From NCBI RefSeq assembly GCF_902713615.1, contig NW_024055427.1, positions 186,001 to 250,000 of the forward strand: 64,000 bases of DNA, given 5' to 3'. Each line of letters opens with the position of its first letter. Within the stretch, counting starts at the first letter, position 1. The notes below the pieces were generated by a model that saw only the letters and a program-made list of their open reading frames with translations, made no database searches and was not told the DNA's origin. This DNA is from Scyliorhinus canicula (Eukaryota). Shown here in pieces: positions 60,136 to 64,000 of the stretch. The position numbers were made by a program, and so were the translations under genes.

Positions 60136-60310
60136 TCGCGTGCTTCTCATTTTGTGTGACGAATGTTTGCACAAAATACCTTTCTTCCTCAATCTCGCAC
60201 GTTCGAGGAACATGAGATTTGGTCTCGCATGAGATATTAAAATTCCTGCAACAAAGTCAGAAATGCGGAATATTCAAGACGCCAGGGGAAGAAAGTCGAT
60301 CTAACATCTG

Positions 60311-62104
60311 GATTGGATTGGATTGGATTTGTTTATTGTCACATGTACCGAGGTACAGTGTAAAGTATTTTTCTGCAAGCAGCTCAACAGATCATTCAGT
60401 ACATGGGAAGAAAAGGGAATTAAACAGAATTCAAGAAAATACATGAGAATACATAATTGGGCAACACAAGGTACACAATGTATAAGCACCGGCATCGGGT
60501 GAAGCATACAGGGTGTAGTGTTAATGAGGTCAGTCAATAAGAAGGTCATTTAGGAGTCTGGTGACAGTGGGGAAGAAGCTGTTTTTGAGTCTGTTCGTGC
60601 GTGTTCTCAGACTTCTGAATCTCCTGCCCGATGGAAGAAGTTGAAAAAGTGAGTAAGCCGGGTGGGAGGGATCCTTGATTATGCTGCCCGCTTTCCCCCG
60701 GCAGCGGGAGGTGTAGATGGAGTCCATGGATGGGAGGTAGGTTTGTGTGATGGACTGGGCGGTATTCACGACTCTCTGAAGTTCCTTGCGGTCCTGGGCC
60801 GAGCAGTTGCCATACCAGGCTGTGATGCAGCCCGATAGGATGCTCTCTATAGTGCATCTGTAAAAGTTGGTAAGGGTTAATGTGGACATGCCGAATTTCT
60901 TTAGTTTCCTGAGGAAGTATAGGCGCTGTTGTGCTTTCTTGGTGATAGCGTCGACGTGAGTGGACCAGGATAGATTTTTGGTGATGTGCACCCCTAGGAA
61001 TTTGAAACTGCTCACCATCTCCACCTCGGCCCCGTTGATGCTGACTGGGGTTTGTACAGTACTTTGCTTCCTGAAGTCGATGACCAGCGCTTTAGTTTTG
61101 CTGGCATTGAGGGAGAGATTGTTGTCGTTACACCACTCCACTAGGTTCTCTATCTCCCTCCTGTATTCGGACTTGTCGTTATTCGAGATCCGGCCCACTA
61201 TGGTCGTATCGTCAGCAAACTTGGAGATGGAGTTGGAACCAAGTTTTGCCACGCAGTCGTGTGTGTACAGGGAGTAGAGTAGGGGGCTAAGCACACAGCC
61301 TTGCGGGGCACTGGTATTGAGGACTATTGTGAAGGAGGTGTTGGTGTTCATTCTTACTGACTGTGGTCTGTTGGTGAGAAAGTCAAGGATCAGAGTGGAG
61401 AGCCAAGTCCTAGGTTTTGGAGCTTTGATATGAGCTTGGCTGGGATTATGGTGTTGAAGGCGGAGCTGTAGTCAATAAATAGGAGTCTGATGTAGGAGTC
61501 CTTGTTTTCGAGATGCTCTAGGGATGAGTGTAGGGCCAGGGAAATGGCGTCTGATGTGGACTGGTTGCGACGGTATGCGAATTGAAGTGGGTCAAGGCGT
61601 TCCGGGAGTATGGAGGTGATGCACTTCATGATCAGCCTCTCGAAGCACTTCATTACAACTGACGTCAGGGCCACCGGGCGGTAGTCATTGAGGCATGTTG
61701 CCTGGTTCTTCTTTGGTACCGGTATGATGGTGGTCTTCTTGATGCAGGTGGGGACCTCGGACTGGAGTAGGGATAGGTTAAAGATGTCTGTGAATACCTC
61801 TGCCAGCTGGTATGCGCAGGCTCTGAGTGCACGACCAGGGATCCTGTCCAGGCCCATCGCCTTCCGTGGGTTCACTTTCAGGAAGGCCGATCTGACTTCG
61901 GAAACTGTGGTGGTGGGTGAATTATGGGCTGCTGGGGCACTCGACCGCGGATTGTTGGTTACCTGCTCTAACCGAGCATAGAATGCATTAAGTTCATCGG
62001 GGAGGAGTGCGCTGCTGCCAGAGATACTGCTTGGCTTCGCTTTGTAGCCCGTTATGTTGTTTAGTCCTTGCCACAACCGCCGAGAGTCTGTCTGTGACTC
62101 TAGC
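60311..62104 (-). mobile_element. 5'-truncated Rex1/Babar-type LINE (RT), (CCAAT)n tail
   Basis: ORFs 61390..62160 and 60530..61351: LNDYRPVALTSVVMKCFER, QFAYR, FIDYSSAFNTI, APQGCVLSPLLY, FADDTT, KAQQRLYFLRKL. Confidence 0.93.
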
Positions 62105-62107
62105 ATC

Positions 62108-62291
62108 TGAAATGAAAATGAAAATCGCCTATTGTCACGAGTACGCTTCAATGAAGTCACTGTGAAAAGCCCCTAGTCGCCACATTCCGGCGCCTGTCCG
62201 GGGAGGCTGGTACGGGAATCGAACCGTGCTGCTGGCCTGCTTGGTCTGCTTTAAAAGCCAGCGATTTTAGCTCGGTGAGCTAAACCAGCCC
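62108..62291 (-). mobile_element. Short tRNA-derived SINE abutting the 5' end of the LINE
   Basis: Full copy from gggctggtttagc to the (ttttca)n tail. Confidence 0.88.
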
Positions 62292-62913
62292 CTGCGGAGA
62301 AAGCGGAAAATACTGGAACAACTCAGGGAGTCAGGCGGCATTTGTCGAAAGGACAATAAAGCTCGTCTTTCAGTCTTTCACCATCACCTTTCATTAAAAC
62401 CGGGACAGGTTAGAAATGTAGGGCGTCTTAACCAAGTGAAATCCCGGAGGGAGCAAACAGAACAACAGGAAAGGGCTCTAATAGGGGGCAAGTCAAGAGA
62501 GATTAAATGAGAAGAGGCCTTGGGTTCCTGGCCACAAGGGGAGGTTCGCATCAAATCAGAGAATGATTACACCACAGATTGAGGCCATTCCGCCCGCCGT
62601 GTCTGTGCCAGCTCTCTGTCAGATCAATGGAAGCAACAAATGTCTGTTGAGCTTCTTTGGAACAATTCAAAGTCCGACGTCCGGGAGGTCAGCGTTAAGA
62701 CCTAGTTCTCCAGTCAGTTCAATTCTCCACTTGGGCTCTGTGGATTAGAAGGGTCACGTCCCTGTGGTTAACACAGGAAAAAGGGACAGTTTAGTGGCTC
62801 ATGTGAGACGAAATCTCATAGTCCTGGAACACACGAGATTCCGGCAACATTCAAGAAACTGAATTATTTTGTGCCCAATAATTGTGCAAACTTTTCTCAC
62901 ACGAAATGCTCAA

Positions 62914-63030
62914 TATTTCTGCCCGGTTTCGAATCGGGAATCCTCACTCGCACACACAGAGGGGAAGATGTCATTTTAACCTGCACTTTCGCGTGTGAAG
63001 CGAATGTGATAACCACTACACTACAGAAAC
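62914..63030 (-). pseudogene. tRNA-Val(CAC) with ~44-nt insertion in the variable region
   Basis: GTTTCTGTAG...TTCGC-TT-CAC-AC-GCGAAAG [insert ~62941-62985] TTCCCGATTCGAAACCGGGCAGAAATA. Confidence 0.75.
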
Positions 63031-64000
63031 CGCTGACAATCAATGGACGTGCGGAATGTACAACCTCACTGTGTTGCTGCAGAGTCTGATGGTCTGTTTG
63101 AGAGGCCAGGTCCCTTGTTGCAGACGACAGCTGTTTCTTAAATTAACAGATGTCTCAACATATAAAGCCGTGAGATGTAGAAATTATATCGAAATTAACA
63201 TAAATTATATTTTGCTTAATGTCGGTCTTAAATTTGTGCTCTTTGGTCTCGTTTAGGGATTTTCAAGCAATGCCTATGGGAGTGGGCGTGGGATTAAATC
63301 CAGGACAGGCTCTTTACTGCAGGTCAGAGATTATGAATTGTTTGCGATGCTGACGGCGGGGTTGATTTACATTGGCCCCCTCTGAAAAAGATTTCTCAGG
63401 CCTCGGGATGTTTACGTCGTTTCTCTCCCCACAGATGATCCTCGAGAGAGAGAGACAGTGTCTGAGCTGGAGTGCGTTTGGATAAAATTGATGCTCCAGA
63501 TCTGTGTTAACCACAGGGACGTGACCCATCTAATCCACAGAGCCAAAGTGCAGAATTGAACTGACTGGAGAGCTGGATCTTAACGCTGACCTCCCGGACC
63601 TCGGCGTCCTGAAATGTTCCAAAGAAGCTCAACAGCCACTCGAGGAACTGCAGCGCATCTTTCCACTGTGCTCAATACAGCTTTCACACTCAGTGTGTGT
63701 TCAGTAGTTTCACACTGTAAATGCTGCACCCATTTTGTGTGTCCTTCCATCGCAGATTTGGGATTCAATCTTGTTTCCACTTGTTCTTTGTGTCCGGGCG
63801 GAAGTTATTGATCAATCTGCCATCGATAGCTCCTCCAGACATATCATTTGTTTCTTTGTTTCTTCCATTACGCTAACAGAGAGCTGGCACAGACACGGCG
63901 GCCGGAATGGCCTCAAACTGTGGTGTCATTATTCTCTCATTTGATTCTAACCTAACTCTGTGGCAAGGGACCCAAGGCCTCTTCTCATTTATTCTCTACT

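Larger units (their letters stand above)
54148..60294 (+). repeat. Three tandem copies of tRNA repeat unit X
   Basis: Arg genes at 55262, 57530, 59661 (periods 2268, 2131); the second unit has lost its Val-AAC by a ~140-bp deletion near 57918. Confidence 0.92.

Noticed and set aside
54148-60294. Repeated ORFs (MFSKSLTAK..., MLFSTHRW...) suggesting a tandem protein gene family
   Set aside because: They are chance frames in tRNA spacers and antisense Penelope relics, with variable stops and no splice structure.
26000-64000. D or J segments, or a NAR-TCR V-D-J cassette
   Set aside because: No 12-spacer RSS with a GGTTTTTGT-type nonamer, no FGxG motif and no C exon seen.
1-64000. CRISPR arrays or prokaryotic systems
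   Set aside because: Eukaryotic sequence; no short direct repeats with unique spacers.

Overview
Vertebrate genomic DNA, almost certainly from a cartilaginous fish. The shark inference rests on HE1/V-SINE-like, Deu-domain-like, CR1, Rex1/Babar and Penelope repeats; species is not determinable here. (1) 1-13934 is one ~14 kb inverted repeat centred exactly on a 100-N gap, most likely an assembly fold-back, and holds only repeat debris. (2) 19369-20337 is an intact intronless class A delta-group GPCR with unusual substitutions at three normally conserved positions. (3) ~26-64 kb is part of a T-cell receptor alpha/delta-type V region: two apparently intact V genes (47604-48028 +, 51381-51984 -), five V pseudogenes or fragments, 23-bp-spacer RSSs, and no D, J or C segments. 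(4) The V segments are interleaved with a rearranged tRNA array built from two repeat units: unit X (~2.2-2.3 kb; Val, Arg-ACG, Val-AAC, Penelope relic) and unit Y (~2.6 kb; Val, Penelope relic, tRNA-Pro). The most novel-looking signal is a family of tRNA-Pro genes (TGG and CGG) that each carry an 18-nt insert at the canonical 37/38 intron position, with a conserved anticodon-intron pairing end. Other leads: anticodon-shifted Val tRNAs (AGC, GAC), CTCF-like motifs travelling with V cassettes, Penelope minimal hammerhead ribozymes, and a SINE-LINE chimeric insertion. All calls are by eye; family names come from memory and need database confirmation.
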